Assembly (NCBI GenBank): GCA_015485355.1
Contig: WFTQ01000065.1
Span: forward strand, 17,391-81,390
Direction of reading: 5' to 3'
Source: a bacterium
GTDB lineage: Bacteria > Calditrichota > Calditrichia > RBG-13-44-9 > J042
DNA: 64,000 nt
The notes under the pieces are model-generated. The model saw only the letters and a program-made list of their open reading frames with translations. It searched no databases and was not told the DNA's origin. Below are positions 1 to 10,727 of the stretch, piece after piece. Positions within the stretch are counted from its first letter, which is position 1. The number at the start of each line of letters is the position of its first letter. Position numbers and translations under genes: made by a program.

Positions 1-1000
1 TGTTTAGTTTGCGGGCGTACCGGGCGGCACGGCGTAGAATGCGCCGCAATACGTATCCTCTGCCTTCATTTCCCGGCAAGGCACCATCGGTGATGGAAAA
101 AGTGAGCATTCGAATGTGATCGGCGATGACCCGGAAGGCCACCTGTTGCTCCGGACGGGACCCATCGTAATCCAATTCCACCAGTCTCCCAATGTGCCCC
201 AGAAGGGGACGAAATAAATCGGTGTCATAATTGGAAGCCACATTCTGCAACACGGCAACGATGCGTTCAAATCCCATCCCGGTATCCACATGTTTGTCCG
301 GCAAAGGGCTCAAGGTGCCCTTCTCGTCGCGATTGAATTGGATAAACACCAGATTCCAGAGTTCAATAAAGCGGGCACAGCCGCCGTTCACCCGGCAGAC
401 GTGATCGGGATCGTTGCGACGGTCACACCGTTCGGCTCCCAGATCGATATGAATTTCCGAGCAAGGCCCGCAGGGACCCGTATCCCCCATTTCCCAGAAA
501 TTATCCTTTTTGCCAAAACGTAACACCTGCTCGGGTCGAATGTCGGTCACCTCTTTCCACAGGTGTTCGGCCTCTTCATCCGGTTCCAGATATTCGGCGG
601 CATCCCCTTCAAACACCGTGGCCCACAGACGATCCTTGGGCAATTTCCAGACCGCGGTCAATAATTCCCAGGCCCACTGGATGGCCTCTCGCTTAAAGTA
701 GTCCCCGAACGACCAGTTCCCCAACATCTCGAAAAATGTGTGATGATACGTATCGTGCCCCACTTCTTCCAGGTCATTATGCTTCCCGCTGACCCGAATG
801 CATTTCTGGGAATTGACCGCCCGTTTGTAAGGGCGACTTCCGAGACCTAAGAAGACATCCTTGAATTGATTCATGCCTGCATTGGTAAACAATAAAGTGG
901 GATCATCCAGGGGCACCACGGGTGAACTGGGAACGAATGTGTGATCGTATTTCTTAAAAAATTCTATGAATTCTGCACGAATTTCTTTGGACGTTTTCAT
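1..1000 (-). CDS. alaS: Alanine--tRNA ligase, N-terminal part (runs off left edge)
   Basis: Minus strand from ATG at 1000 reads [47 protein letters not shown]...[18 protein letters not shown]; absent from the ORF track because it is truncated. Confidence 0.97.
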   Translation of the reverse strand, partial: MKTSKEIRAEFIEFFKKYDHTFVPSSPVVPLDDPTLLFTNAGMNQFKDVFLGLGSRPYKRAVNSQKCIRVSGKHNDLEEVGHDTYHHTFFEMLGNWSFGDYFKREAIQWAWELLTAVWKLPKDRLWATVFEGDAAEYLEPDEEAEHLWKEVTDIRPEQVLRFGKKDNFWEMGDTGPCGPCSEIHIDLGAERCDRRNDPDHVCRVNGGCARFIELWNLVFIQFNRDEKGTLSPLPDKHVDTGMGFERIVAVLQNVASNYDTDLFRPLLGHIGRLVELDYDGSRPEQQVAFRVIADHIRMLTFSITDGALPGNEGRGYVLRRILRRAARYARKLN

Positions 1001-1038
1001 ACCGAAACACCCGATTTTTTGGTTTTTATTATCGTATA

Positions 1039-1067
1039 AATTTAGAGGGACACCAATGGAATTCCAA
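1039..1067 (-). promoter_or_regulatory. Putative housekeeping promoter of alaS
   Basis: TTGGAA-N17-TAAATT on minus strand, 38 nt upstream of ATG. Confidence 0.5.
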
Positions 1068-1402
1068 TAAATTTGTTAGGGGACGTATGGGGGCATTGCC
1101 TTAATGCAAGACGGGAAACGGATACCGCAGTCCGTCAAATTTTCGTATCATTTTGATACAGGGATTCCGCAAGTTTTTCCGGGTCTCCCCCGCCAATCTC
1201 GGCCGCGATGATCGTTCACCGCTCGATGCGTTCTCGTTGACCCGACGAAATCCCGTCATGATTGCGGGAACCGAATGCGAAAGCATCATGCCTTTCTCTG
1301 CGGCCTGTATTCGATAAGGATGTTCGAGTGTTTCCTTTTGTTTTCAAAAATTCCGTTCATTTCGTCCCTGGGAGAACAGTACCTCTTTCCTACAAACAAC
1401 GT

Positions 1403-2632
1403 TTACCGTGCCGAAGCATTCTGCAGTTCCCGGGCGAAAGCCTCATTGACTTTCAATACCCGTAACAGGTTTCCCCCCAGAATTTTAAAGATATCCTCTT
1501 CCGAAAACCCTCTTTTCAATAAAAGATAAGTGATATAGGGCAATCGGCTCACGTCTTCCATCCCCAGGGGCAGGGAGGAAACGCCATCGAAATCGCTGCC
1601 CAATCCCACATGGTCCACGCCGGCTACCCGGACGACATGTTCGATATGGTCGACGATGATGGCGGCATCGGGTACAGGCAAGTCGTATTGGCGGAACAAT
1701 TCCCCGTAGGCCCGCCAGAATCCCATGCGATTCCCTTGATATTGTTGTCGCAGTCGTTTTACCTGAGGCTCCAGTTCCCGCTTGGCGTTCTCGTAGGCAT
1801 CGTGGTATTCCTGACTCAGGAATCCCGAATAAAAATTGATATGAATCACCCCTCCATTCTCCTTCACCTTGCGGATAAGATGGTCCGGTAGATTGCGGGG
1901 CACCTCACACAAGGCCCGGCAGGAGGAATGGGAGGCGATGACCGGGGTGCGGGAAATCTCCAGGACCTCGGCAATGGCAGCGTCGGACAGGTGGGAAATG
2001 TCGATCAACATGCCCAGCCGATTCATTTCCCGCACCACCGTACGACCGAAATCGCTCAGGCCCTTCCAGCGGGGCGCATCGGTGCTGGAGTCACTGATAT
2101 CATTGGCCGAGGAATGAGTCAGCGTCACATAGCGGACGCCCAGGCGATAAAAATTACGCAGCAATGCCAGACTATGCTCGATGGGCCCTCCATTTTCCAT
2201 CCCCATCAAGGCCGCCATTTTCCCCTCCCGGTGCAGCCGTAAAATGTCCTCGCTACTATAGGCCATGGCGATCTGATCGGCATTGGCTGTTACCGCCCGG
2301 TAAACCGCATCGATTAGTTCCAGGGCGTATTTTGCCGGATGCAAACTGTCCATCCGATTCGGAACAAATATGGAAAAAAACTGGGCATCCACCCCTCCTT
2401 CAACGGCCCGAGGCAGATCGAAATGCCCCTCATCGTGACGCTTGCCCAGATCAAAATTATCGTGAAACAGTTTCATGGTCACATCACAATGGGTATCGAT
2501 CACGATCGCCCGACGATGGATTTCCAGGGCCTTTTGCCACAAAACTGGATCCACATCTTCGGGAATATCCCCTCCGAAAACGGCCCCGGCAATGGCACCG
2601 ATCAACCATCCAATTAAAAGATGCATCCTCAT
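1403..2632 (-). CDS. Membrane/periplasmic dipeptidase (peptidase M19)
   Basis: Signal peptide, DTHCD, GMENG, DISH, IASHS and GLGSDFDG motifs. Confidence 0.93.
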   Translation of the reverse strand: MRMHLLIGWLIGAIAGAVFGGDIPEDVDPVLWQKALEIHRRAIVIDTHCDVTMKLFHDNFDLGKRHDEGHFDLPRAVEGGVDAQFFSIFVPNRMDSLHPAKYALELIDAVYRAVTANADQIAMAYSSEDILRLHREGKMAALMGMENGGPIEHSLALLRNFYRLGVRYVTLTHSSANDISDSSTDAPRWKGLSDFGRTVVREMNRLGMLIDISHLSDAAIAEVLEISRTPVIASHSSCRALCEVPRNLPDHLIRKVKENGGVIHINFYSGFLSQEYHDAYENAKRELEPQVKRLRQQYQGNRMGFWRAYGELFRQYDLPVPDAAIIVDHIEHVVRVAGVDHVGLGSDFDGVSSLPLGMEDVSRLPYITYLLLKRGFSEEDIFKILGGNLLRVLKVNEAFARELQNASAR

Positions 2633-2665
2633 GGGGCTCCTCCATGCCTTCCGTTTTTAAAGGGT

Positions 2666-2694
2666 AATATAGAAATTCCCCGGAGAATTCCCAA
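2666..2694 (-). promoter_or_regulatory. Putative promoter of dipeptidase gene
   Basis: TTGGGA-N17-TATATT on minus strand. Confidence 0.45.
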
Positions 2695-2961
2695 AAAGGA
2701 AGACCGAAATCGTGAAAATCACATTGTTATTGCTGATGTTACTGATGACAGGCACTCGACGCCCCGAGGAAACGCCTGCTCATTTTCCAAAGGAGTTGCC
2801 CGGGAATAGAGTTTCGCTTAAACTCCCTCCACACGAATTCGATAATGGATTCAGCCCGGGAGGCAGTCCCTATCCCTGAAGCGGCTCCGGGGCATCGGAA
2901 TAATCCCGGTTCTCTGGACGATCGAAAAAGCAAGGACTTCATATATAATAAGGACAGGGGA

Positions 2962-4605
2962 ATGATCGCAATCTTACACGGATATTTGTTGGAAGGGTCG
3001 GGGAGCAATTTATGGACCCGATCCATTGTTCGATCGCTGGTTCGGGATGGGGAGACGGTACACCTCATGTGCCAGGAAAATCAACCCGAACTGTACGATT
3101 TCATTGCCGAGGCCTATCGGTATCATCGCAACGGGTCCGTAGAAACGATCTTCCGCCGCACGACCGCCTACCAAGGAAAGTGCATATTGCACAAACCCGA
3201 CATCGGTGACGTTTTACCGGTATACGTCTGGGATCATTACGAGGAATTTCCCCGGGTGGTGCCTATGATAGAACTCCCCGACGATGTTCTGGGTCAATAC
3301 ATCGAATGCAATAAAAAGGCCCTACGGAAAATTCTGCAACGTTACCCGGTATCGGTTCTCCACGCCAATCATGCCGTGCTGATGTCGGTGGTGGCCAGGG
3401 AAATATCCCGCGAGACGGGTCGCCCTTATACCATTATGCCCCATGGCAGTGCCATTGAATATACCGTAAAAAAGGATGGGCGATTTTTCCGCTGGGCCGA
3501 AGAGGCTTTTCGGAACGCCGGCCGGATTTTTGTGATCGGCCGGGAAATGCGTACCCGGGTGCTGGAACTGTTCCCGAATATCGCCGATCTTGCGGAACGT
3601 TTGGTGGAACTCAATCTGGGTGTCGATACTCAGATGTTTGTCCCCCTCGAAACCTCTCAGCGACGGGCAACCATCCGGCGGTTGATTGAACATCTTCATG
3701 ATCATCCCCGCGGTAAATCGTCCCGGCAAACCCGAGCCTTTTTGCAGGAAGCCTCTTCCCTTACAAACGCTCAATCCCTTACGGCCCTGACGCAAATGTA
3801 TCGGGAATATCCGGCGAAACTGCCGGATCAGGACGTGGAAGAAAAGCTTTCCCGCATCGACTGGGATCGAGAACCGATTTTACTGTTTGTGGGACGATTG
3901 ATTGCCGGCAAAGGGCTCCATTCGATCCTGGCTGCGCTTCCGGAGGTCTTTTCCCGTTCCCCGGAAGCGCGCTTACTGGTTGTGGGACACGGCCCGCTTC
4001 GAGAAGCCATGGAATTGCTGGTTTATGCTCTGTCCACAGGAAACCGACCGCTGGCCGAACAGATTGTGCACCTGGGCAGGGCCTTGGAGGGCGGTCCGCG
4101 GGAACCGTTGGTCACAATTCAGTATTACTGGCAAAGATTGAAACGAGAAGGACGTTGGGCGTCTTACTGGCAAACCGCTCAACGGTATCTTTCGCTGGAA
4201 AGGGTGGTATTTACCGGCTACCTGACCCATGCCGAACTGCGCTATCTGTTTCCTTGTTGCGATGTGGCCATTTTCCCTTCGGTAGTGGCGGAAGCCGGTC
4301 CACTGGTCTTTCTGGAGGCTCTATCTGCGGGATGTTTTCCCATGGGAACGGATTTTGCGGGGATGGCTGCCAGCATCGATGCCGTCTCCGCTTATCTGCC
4401 CCCACCGGTGGTGGAGTATATGAAAATCCGCCCGGATGCCGCGCACACCGTGGAGGATATAGCAACGAAAGCCCCTTTGGCCCTGAGCGAAGCATCCCGG
4501 TATAAGGAATCGCTGCGGAAGGCGGCTGTCGAGCGCTATGACTGGCGCCGTGTGGCCGGGCGCTTTTCCCGGGAACTGCATCAGCTGGGGACCATCCGCT
4601 CCTGA
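2962..4605 (+). CDS. Glycosyltransferase family 4 (GT-B)
   Basis: Likely start MIAILHGYLLEGSGS at 2962; LFVGRLIAGKG and FPSVVAEAGPLVFLEAL motifs. Confidence 0.88.
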   Translation: MIAILHGYLLEGSGSNLWTRSIVRSLVRDGETVHLMCQENQPELYDFIAEAYRYHRNGSVETIFRRTTAYQGKCILHKPDIGDVLPVYVWDHYEEFPRVVPMIELPDDVLGQYIECNKKALRKILQRYPVSVLHANHAVLMSVVAREISRETGRPYTIMPHGSAIEYTVKKDGRFFRWAEEAFRNAGRIFVIGREMRTRVLELFPNIADLAERLVELNLGVDTQMFVPLETSQRRATIRRLIEHLHDHPRGKSSRQTRAFLQEASSLTNAQSLTALTQMYREYPAKLPDQDVEEKLSRIDWDREPILLFVGRLIAGKGLHSILAALPEVFSRSPEARLLVVGHGPLREAMELLVYALSTGNRPLAEQIVHLGRALEGGPREPLVTIQYYWQRLKREGRWASYWQTAQRYLSLERVVFTGYLTHAELRYLFPCCDVAIFPSVVAEAGPLVFLEALSAGCFPMGTDFAGMAASIDAVSAYLPPPVVEYMKIRPDAAHTVEDIATKAPLALSEASRYKESLRKAAVERYDWRRVAGRFSRELHQLGTIRS

Positions 4606-4821
4606 TCTGGAACTCGGCGGATAAGGTCCGAGCATCGAGGATTGCTGATCCATGGTGAAATCTGGCATTTTACTTTTATTTGGAATAAAGCTGGATTATA
4701 TTTGATTTTCTTAAGTTTAACCGCGTATTCCCGATAGGGTGAATGATTTCCCTTGATGGAAGGCAAAAATGCTGGATAGCTGGAGTCAGGCCACGGGGTA
4801 AAATGCAGGAGCACACCACCG

Positions 4822-6429
4822 ATGAACCGGATTGAATCGCGCGTCAATATCCGAAGCAAGGAGTTTCAGGAAAATAAGGCTCACATGGAAGCGCTGGTGG
4901 CGGAGCTGAAAGAGCGGGTGGCGCGGGTTAAAAAAGGGGGGCCATCGCATTTGCACGAGGCCCATAAAAAACGGGGAAAATTATTTGTTCGGGAACGCTT
5001 AAAATTATTATTCGATCCGGACACCCCGTTTTTAGAACTCTCCCCCCTGGCGGCCTGGGATATGTACAACAACGAAGCCCCTTCTGCGGGAATCATCACG
5101 GGCGTCGGTGTGGTTCGCAAGCGGGAGGTCATGGTGGTAGCCCACGACGCCACGGTCAAAGGGGGCACCTATTTCCCCATGACCATCAAAAAACACATTC
5201 GGGCCCAGGAAATCGCCATGCAAAATCGTTTGCCGTGTATTTACCTGGTCGACTCCGGAGGCATTTTCCTCCCTTACCAATCGGAAACGTTTCCCGATCG
5301 GGACCATTTTGGACGGATTTTTTTTAACCAGGCGCGCATGTCGGCCGAAGGCATTCCTCAAATTGCGGTGGTACTGGGTTCCAGCACCGCCGGGGGAGCC
5401 TACCAACCCGCCATGAGTGACGAGGTGGTCATCGTCCGCAAGCGTGGCACCATTTATATCGGCGGCCCTCCGCTGGTCAAGGCGGCTACCGGAGAGGTGG
5501 TTACCGATGAAGAATTGGGCGGTGCCGATGTTCATGCCCGAATTTCCGGGGTGGCCGACCATTATGCCCTGGATGAGCCTCATGCCTTCGAAATCACCCG
5601 AAATATCGTAGACAATCTGGGAAAGGCGCAAAAATTTGAACTGGATCGCTGTGAACCCGAAGACCCCCATTACGATCCTGAAGAACTGTATGGGATTGTT
5701 CCCAAAGACATCCGAAAACCGTTTGACATCCGGGAAGTGATCGCCCGTTTGGTGGACGGGAGTCGGTTTCAGGAATTCAAGGCTTTATACGGACAAACCC
5801 TGGTTTGCGGGTTTGCCCGAATTATGGGCTATCCCGTGGGCATTCTGGCCAACAACGGCGTACTCTTTAGCGAGAGTTCTTTGAAGGGGGCCCACTTCAT
5901 CGAGCTGTGCACCCAGCGAAAAATCCCTCTGGTTTTTCTGCAAAACATAACCGGATTTATTGTGGGCAAAGAATACGAGCATCGAGGCATTGCCAAGGAC
6001 GGCGCCAAATTGGTACATGCTGTGGCCAACGCCCAGGTACCCAAGTTTACGGTGATTATAGGTGGTTCTTATGGTGCCGGGAATTACGGCATGTGTGGCA
6101 GGGCTTACGAACCCCGATTACTCTGGATGTGGCCCAGCGGTCGGATTGGCGTCATGGGTGGAGAGCAAGCCGCCGATGTTCTGGTAACGGTAAAAAAGCG
6201 CTCCATGGAAAAGAAAGGCATCCGGGTGTCCGATGAGGAACTCCACAAATTAAAAGAAGAGATTCTGGCCAAATACGAACAGGAAGCCAGTCCTTATTAC
6301 AGCACCGCGCGCATCTGGGATGATGGGATTCTGGACCCGTTGGATACCCGCAACGCACTGGCTCTGGCCATTTCCATGGCTCTGAACGCCCCCATTCCGG
6401 ATCAACAATACGGTGTTTTTCGGATGTGA
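4822..6429 (+). CDS. Methylcrotonyl-CoA carboxylase-type carboxyltransferase (beta) subunit
   Basis: [48 protein letters not shown] and C-terminal YGVFRM. Confidence 0.93.
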   Translation: MNRIESRVNIRSKEFQENKAHMEALVAELKERVARVKKGGPSHLHEAHKKRGKLFVRERLKLLFDPDTPFLELSPLAAWDMYNNEAPSAGIITGVGVVRKREVMVVAHDATVKGGTYFPMTIKKHIRAQEIAMQNRLPCIYLVDSGGIFLPYQSETFPDRDHFGRIFFNQARMSAEGIPQIAVVLGSSTAGGAYQPAMSDEVVIVRKRGTIYIGGPPLVKAATGEVVTDEELGGADVHARISGVADHYALDEPHAFEITRNIVDNLGKAQKFELDRCEPEDPHYDPEELYGIVPKDIRKPFDIREVIARLVDGSRFQEFKALYGQTLVCGFARIMGYPVGILANNGVLFSESSLKGAHFIELCTQRKIPLVFLQNITGFIVGKEYEHRGIAKDGAKLVHAVANAQVPKFTVIIGGSYGAGNYGMCGRAYEPRLLWMWPSGRIGVMGGEQAADVLVTVKKRSMEKKGIRVSDEELHKLKEEILAKYEQEASPYYSTARIWDDGILDPLDTRNALALAISMALNAPIPDQQYGVFRM

Positions 6430-6452
6430 GCCGGAAGAAGGAGAAGAACGGC

Positions 6453-8000
6453 ATGAAACGAACCCGCTCCTCGGTAACCGGGCGTTCCCTCAGGGGTAGC
6501 ACCCATCGGATTGAACGCCTTTTAATTGCCAATCGAGGCGAGATTGCCCGGCGAGTCATTCAGGCTTGCAAGGAATTGGGGATCGAAACGGTGGCGGTGT
6601 ATTCGGAAGTGGACCGGCATGCGCCGCATGTTCTGGATGCGGACCGGGCGGTGGAAATAGGTCCCGCCCCTCCCACCGAGAGCTATTTAAATATGGATCG
6701 CATCATCGAGGCGGCAAAACAAACCCGTTGCCAGGCCATCCATCCCGGCTATGGATTTTTAGCAGAAAACGCCGAATTTGCACGCCGATGCAAGGCCGAA
6801 GGATTGATTTTCATCGGCCCCGGCCCGGAAGCCATGGCCCTGGTGGGGGACAAGTTGAAGGCCCGTCAAACGGTCGCAACAGCCGGGGTGCCCATCATCC
6901 CCGGTATGGAAAGCCGCGCCACCGATGCCGCAGCCATTCAAGCGATTGCAGACGAGATTGGATTCCCGATCATGATCAAAGCGGCCGCCGGTGGGGGCGG
7001 CAAAGGCATGCGTATTGTTCGGGATATGCAAGAACTTCAGCCGGCGCTGGAAGCCGGTCGACGAGAAGCCCAAGCCGCTTTTGGAGACGATACCGTCTAC
7101 CTGGAAAAATTCATCGAACGACCCCGTCACGTGGAAGTTCAGGTGCTGGCCGACCAGCACGGAAACGTGGTGCATCTCTTCGAACGAGAATGTTCCATAC
7201 AACGCCGGCACCAAAAAATCATCGAAGAAAGCCCCTCGCTCGCCCTGGATGATACCCTGCGGCAAACCATGGGACTCACCGCCTGCCGGGTGATGCAAGC
7301 CGTGGGTTACACCAACGCCGGTACGGTTGAATTTTTATTGGATCCAGACAAGAATTTCTATTTTCTGGAAGTGAATGCCCGCATTCAGGTAGAACATCCG
7401 GTAACCGAAATGGTGACCGGCATCGATCTGGTCAAGCAGCAGATTCGCATCGCGGCCGGAGAACCGTTGCCTTTCTCACAAGCGCAGATTCAACCAAAAG
7501 GCCACGCCATCGAATGCCGCATCTATGCAGAAGACCCGGAAAACCAATTTTTACCCTCGATCGGGAAGTTAGAATACGTCCAGGAACCTCAAGGGGCCGG
7601 CATCCGATGCGATTCGGGCATTTATCCCGGGATGGAGGTCACCCATTATTACGATCCCATACTGGCCAAGGTCGTCGTTTGGGATGAACACCGGGAAGCG
7701 GCCATTGCCAAAATGATCCACGCGCTGTCCCAGTACGTGATTTTAGGGATCCAGACGCCCATCCCTTTCCTGATCGAATTGTTGTCCCATTCAGAATTTC
7801 GCAAGGGGAATTTACACACGCATTTTTTGGAAGAGCATTTTTCCGGCTGGAAGCCCAAGCCTGGGGAAACCATTCGCCGGCTGGCCTTTCTCGTTGCTGC
7901 GTATTTGGATAGTCGTCCGCGAGGGATTGCTGTTCCTGCAGAGGAGCACCGCATTCCGACCCCCTGGGAAACGCTGGGGAACTGGGAAATGCTTGTTTAA
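6453..8000 (+). CDS. Biotin carboxylase subunit of acyl-CoA carboxylase
   Basis: LIANRGEIA, HPGYGFLAE, AGGGGKGMR, ERECSIQRRHQK, EVNARIQVEHP; SD AAGGAG before ATG 6453. Confidence 0.93.
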   Translation: MKRTRSSVTGRSLRGSTHRIERLLIANRGEIARRVIQACKELGIETVAVYSEVDRHAPHVLDADRAVEIGPAPPTESYLNMDRIIEAAKQTRCQAIHPGYGFLAENAEFARRCKAEGLIFIGPGPEAMALVGDKLKARQTVATAGVPIIPGMESRATDAAAIQAIADEIGFPIMIKAAAGGGGKGMRIVRDMQELQPALEAGRREAQAAFGDDTVYLEKFIERPRHVEVQVLADQHGNVVHLFERECSIQRRHQKIIEESPSLALDDTLRQTMGLTACRVMQAVGYTNAGTVEFLLDPDKNFYFLEVNARIQVEHPVTEMVTGIDLVKQQIRIAAGEPLPFSQAQIQPKGHAIECRIYAEDPENQFLPSIGKLEYVQEPQGAGIRCDSGIYPGMEVTHYYDPILAKVVVWDEHREAAIAKMIHALSQYVILGIQTPIPFLIELLSHSEFRKGNLHTHFLEEHFSGWKPKPGETIRRLAFLVAAYLDSRPRGIAVPAEEHRIPTPWETLGNWEMLV

Positions 8001-8011
8001 ACCGTGGATTT

Positions 8012-8040
8012 TTGCCCGAGAGTAAAAAATTGCTTATCTT
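8012..8040 (+). promoter_or_regulatory. Putative internal promoter before BCCP gene
   Basis: TTGCCC-N17-TATCTT. Confidence 0.45.
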
Positions 8041-8061
8041 AGGCAAATCGGAGATAATCTG

Positions 8062-8601
8062 GTGGGGGATATGGTCAAAAAATACCGGTATGCCGGGGAA
8101 GACACCCCGATAGAGATCCGCAACCCATCCCCGGAAACATTCACCGTCACGATAGAGAATCACACCCTCACGGCCCGAATTGAGCCGATATCGGCCCAAC
8201 GATTGAAGTTAGAACACCAGGGTAACATTTTCACCGTTTACGCCATACCCAAAGATGGGGGGTATCAGATTTTCCTGGATGGTCATGTATTTACCATTTT
8301 GCCTCGGGATTCGGGAAAGACAGGGGTGAAGGAAGCGGGGCCGGTTCGGCAGGAGACCTTTGGGGACAATTTGATAGAAGCACCCATGCCGGGGCGCATT
8401 TTAAAGCTCTTTGTCCGGGAGGGGCAACGGGTGGCGGCTGAGGAACGGCTGTTCATTTTGGAAGCGATGAAAATGGAAAATGAAGTTCGAGCCCCCCGAG
8501 CGGGTGTGATTAAGAAAATCCATTTCGGCGAAAACCAGTTGGTTTCTCTGGGGCAAACGGTCATCGAAATGGTGTTCTTGGAAAGTGATGGCGATTCTTG
8601 A
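8062..8601 (+). CDS. Biotin carboxyl carrier protein (BT-like domain plus biotinyl domain)
   Basis: APMPG...EAMKMENE biotinylation motif. Confidence 0.9.
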   Translation: MGDMVKKYRYAGEDTPIEIRNPSPETFTVTIENHTLTARIEPISAQRLKLEHQGNIFTVYAIPKDGGYQIFLDGHVFTILPRDSGKTGVKEAGPVRQETFGDNLIEAPMPGRILKLFVREGQRVAAEERLFILEAMKMENEVRAPRAGVIKKIHFGENQLVSLGQTVIEMVFLESDGDS

Positions 8602-8828
8602 GTTGTTAGCTACAGCACAAAACGGGAAACGAAAATTTTTAAGCGTTCTCATATAATGTCAGGAAAATTCAATAGTTATGAAACGTTTCGAAAGCCGTTT
8701 GGTGGCCGTTGATAACGGAAAAAAGGCTGTCCTTCAGGGAAAAAATTGATATTTATCATACAGATAGGGACAAAAATGCAGATATTGTAAATAAAGTTAA
8801 GATATTTTCATATATGAGGAGGGCGATC

Positions 8829-10013
8829 ATGTTTATGCGCCGAAGCTTTGTTTTCAGTTTCTTGCTGTTAGGGCTGCTTTTTGGAACCACCCGAGCCGAC
8901 ATTGAAATCGATTTAACCCTTTTAAACACTCAGGCACGCGTATTTTACGTGGGGGATTTGGATTTCACCAAAACCGGCAGTGCTCCGGACATTTTCCGCC
9001 TGCGCCTGAGAAACACCACCGCAAACCCGGAAGAGATCGTCGTCGAAATTAAAATTCTGTACAATGGGCGGGTGCTGGGAAAAGGACAAACCAACAACTT
9101 TGTGGTCCCGGGCAATTACGATCGGATCATTACCCAGCGGGACCTTACCGGGGGCGTTCTATTTATACCCAACCCCGATGGCAGGCCGCAGAAAGTGTAC
9201 CTGAAGCGATATGAACTGGATACCCGGCAACTGGAAAACCTGAAGAACAAGATCCTTTCCACCGGTCGTTTACCCTCGGGACGCTACGAATTTATTGTTC
9301 AGGCGCGGTCTCTGCAAAGACCCGGGGTCGTCTACAACGAAAGTCCGGGGAATTTGGGGGACAATACGCTGGTGATCACCAATCCCACCAACGTCCAGCT
9401 GATCTTTCCAGGTAATCCTACAGGAACGCCCAATATCCCCACCGTTTCTACCATTTATCCCTATTTTCAATGGCAGTCCGATGCTAACATCTTTAACATC
9501 TACGTATACGAAAAACTGGCCCAGGACCGCAACGTGCAGGATGCCCTCAGTCACCCCCCGATTCTGTTCATCGAACGATACACCCTAGCTCCAGACCAGC
9601 GGCAATACCTTTTCCAATATCCCACCAGCACCCAGCCGATCCGTTTCGAAAATGGGGGCCAGAGCGTGGGCCCTATTCGGTTGTTGGAACCGGGGAAAAT
9701 TTACTACTGGTATATCGAGGCCATTGTGCCCACCGGGGCGGGGGGAGAGCAGGTGATAAAAAGCGAGGTCTATCATTTCAAAATTCAGGAACGGGTCCCC
9801 AAAAACAGCCAGGCGCAACAGGTGTTGACCGTCCTACAGAACATTGGGGGAGATGTGCTGCTTCAGCAAATCAAATTGTTGAAAGAAAAGGGGTTTGAAC
9901 CCACCGGCCGAGTGCGTCTGAATGGAAGGGAAATCGATCTGAACGAATTTATCCGCTACATCAATCAGTTACAAACCTCGCAGACGGAAATAGGGAAAAT
10001 TCGTATCTATTAA
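8829..10013 (+). CDS. Secreted hypothetical protein with Ig/FN3-like segments
   Basis: SD GAGGAGG, signal peptide, LPSGRYEF, YFQWQ, LEPGKIYYWYIEA and KSEVYHF segments. Confidence 0.75.
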   Translation: MFMRRSFVFSFLLLGLLFGTTRADIEIDLTLLNTQARVFYVGDLDFTKTGSAPDIFRLRLRNTTANPEEIVVEIKILYNGRVLGKGQTNNFVVPGNYDRIITQRDLTGGVLFIPNPDGRPQKVYLKRYELDTRQLENLKNKILSTGRLPSGRYEFIVQARSLQRPGVVYNESPGNLGDNTLVITNPTNVQLIFPGNPTGTPNIPTVSTIYPYFQWQSDANIFNIYVYEKLAQDRNVQDALSHPPILFIERYTLAPDQRQYLFQYPTSTQPIRFENGGQSVGPIRLLEPGKIYYWYIEAIVPTGAGGEQVIKSEVYHFKIQERVPKNSQAQQVLTVLQNIGGDVLLQQIKLLKEKGFEPTGRVRLNGREIDLNEFIRYINQLQTSQTEIGKIRIY

Positions 10014-10037
10014 AGAAAAAAACCGAAAGGGGTATCT

Positions 10038-10724
10038 ATGTTTCGTAAAACCACCTGGTTTATGGCCTTTATTTTCGTCCTTAGCGGCTTTCCTTTCGTT
10101 TTCGCGGCCAGCGATTATGTGGCTGTGGTTATCAAAAGTCGCGGACGGGTCACCTTAATGTCCAAAGGGAAATCCCGGAGCATTAAGGTGCAAAAGGGGC
10201 AATTGTTGCGGGACGGCGATCGGCTGGAGACGGGAACCGCGTCCTTTTGCGCCATTAAATTTCTGGATGACAAAAGTTTGTTGCGGATCAAGGAAAATTC
10301 CACCTGCGTTATCGAAGGTAAGAAAGAGGGAGAAAAAATTGACAAAAACATATTGGTGGAAGTGGGGTCTTTCTTTGCCAGCATTTTTAAACAGCGAGGG
10401 AAATTTCTGGTCACAACACCAACGTCGGTGGCATCGGTCAAAGGAACCCAATTCTGGACCATTCAGAAACGCAACGGTCCCACGATCTACATTGGTATCG
10501 AGGGTTCGATCGACATCAGCAACAAGGCGGGTCGGGTGTTGCTGCGTGCCGGTCAAACGGGCATCGTCTCCTCCCAGAATCAGTTACCTCAAATCCGCCT
10601 TACCAACCCCTCTGAAATTCCCTCCGAAGGGGAGGGTTCCGTCAAAACCCAGATTCTGGAAATCGAATTTAAAGACAGCGATGGGAGTCAGAAGGTGATG
10701 CAGATTGAAGTGATTCAAAAATAA
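10038..10724 (+). CDS. Secreted FecR-domain protein
   Basis: Signal peptide; GDRLETG, IKFLDDKSLLRIKENS and VTTPTSVASVKGTQF FecR signature. Confidence 0.88.
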   Translation: MFRKTTWFMAFIFVLSGFPFVFAASDYVAVVIKSRGRVTLMSKGKSRSIKVQKGQLLRDGDRLETGTASFCAIKFLDDKSLLRIKENSTCVIEGKKEGEKIDKNILVEVGSFFASIFKQRGKFLVTTPTSVASVKGTQFWTIQKRNGPTIYIGIEGSIDISNKAGRVLLRAGQTGIVSSQNQLPQIRLTNPSEIPSEGEGSVKTQILEIEFKDSDGSQKVMQIEVIQK

Positions 10725-10727
10725 AGG

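Noticed and set aside
1001-1402. T-box or riboswitch upstream of alaS
   Set aside because: No T-box GGTGGNACCGCG-type sequence or other recognisable aptamer core; the putative promoter lies close to the start codon
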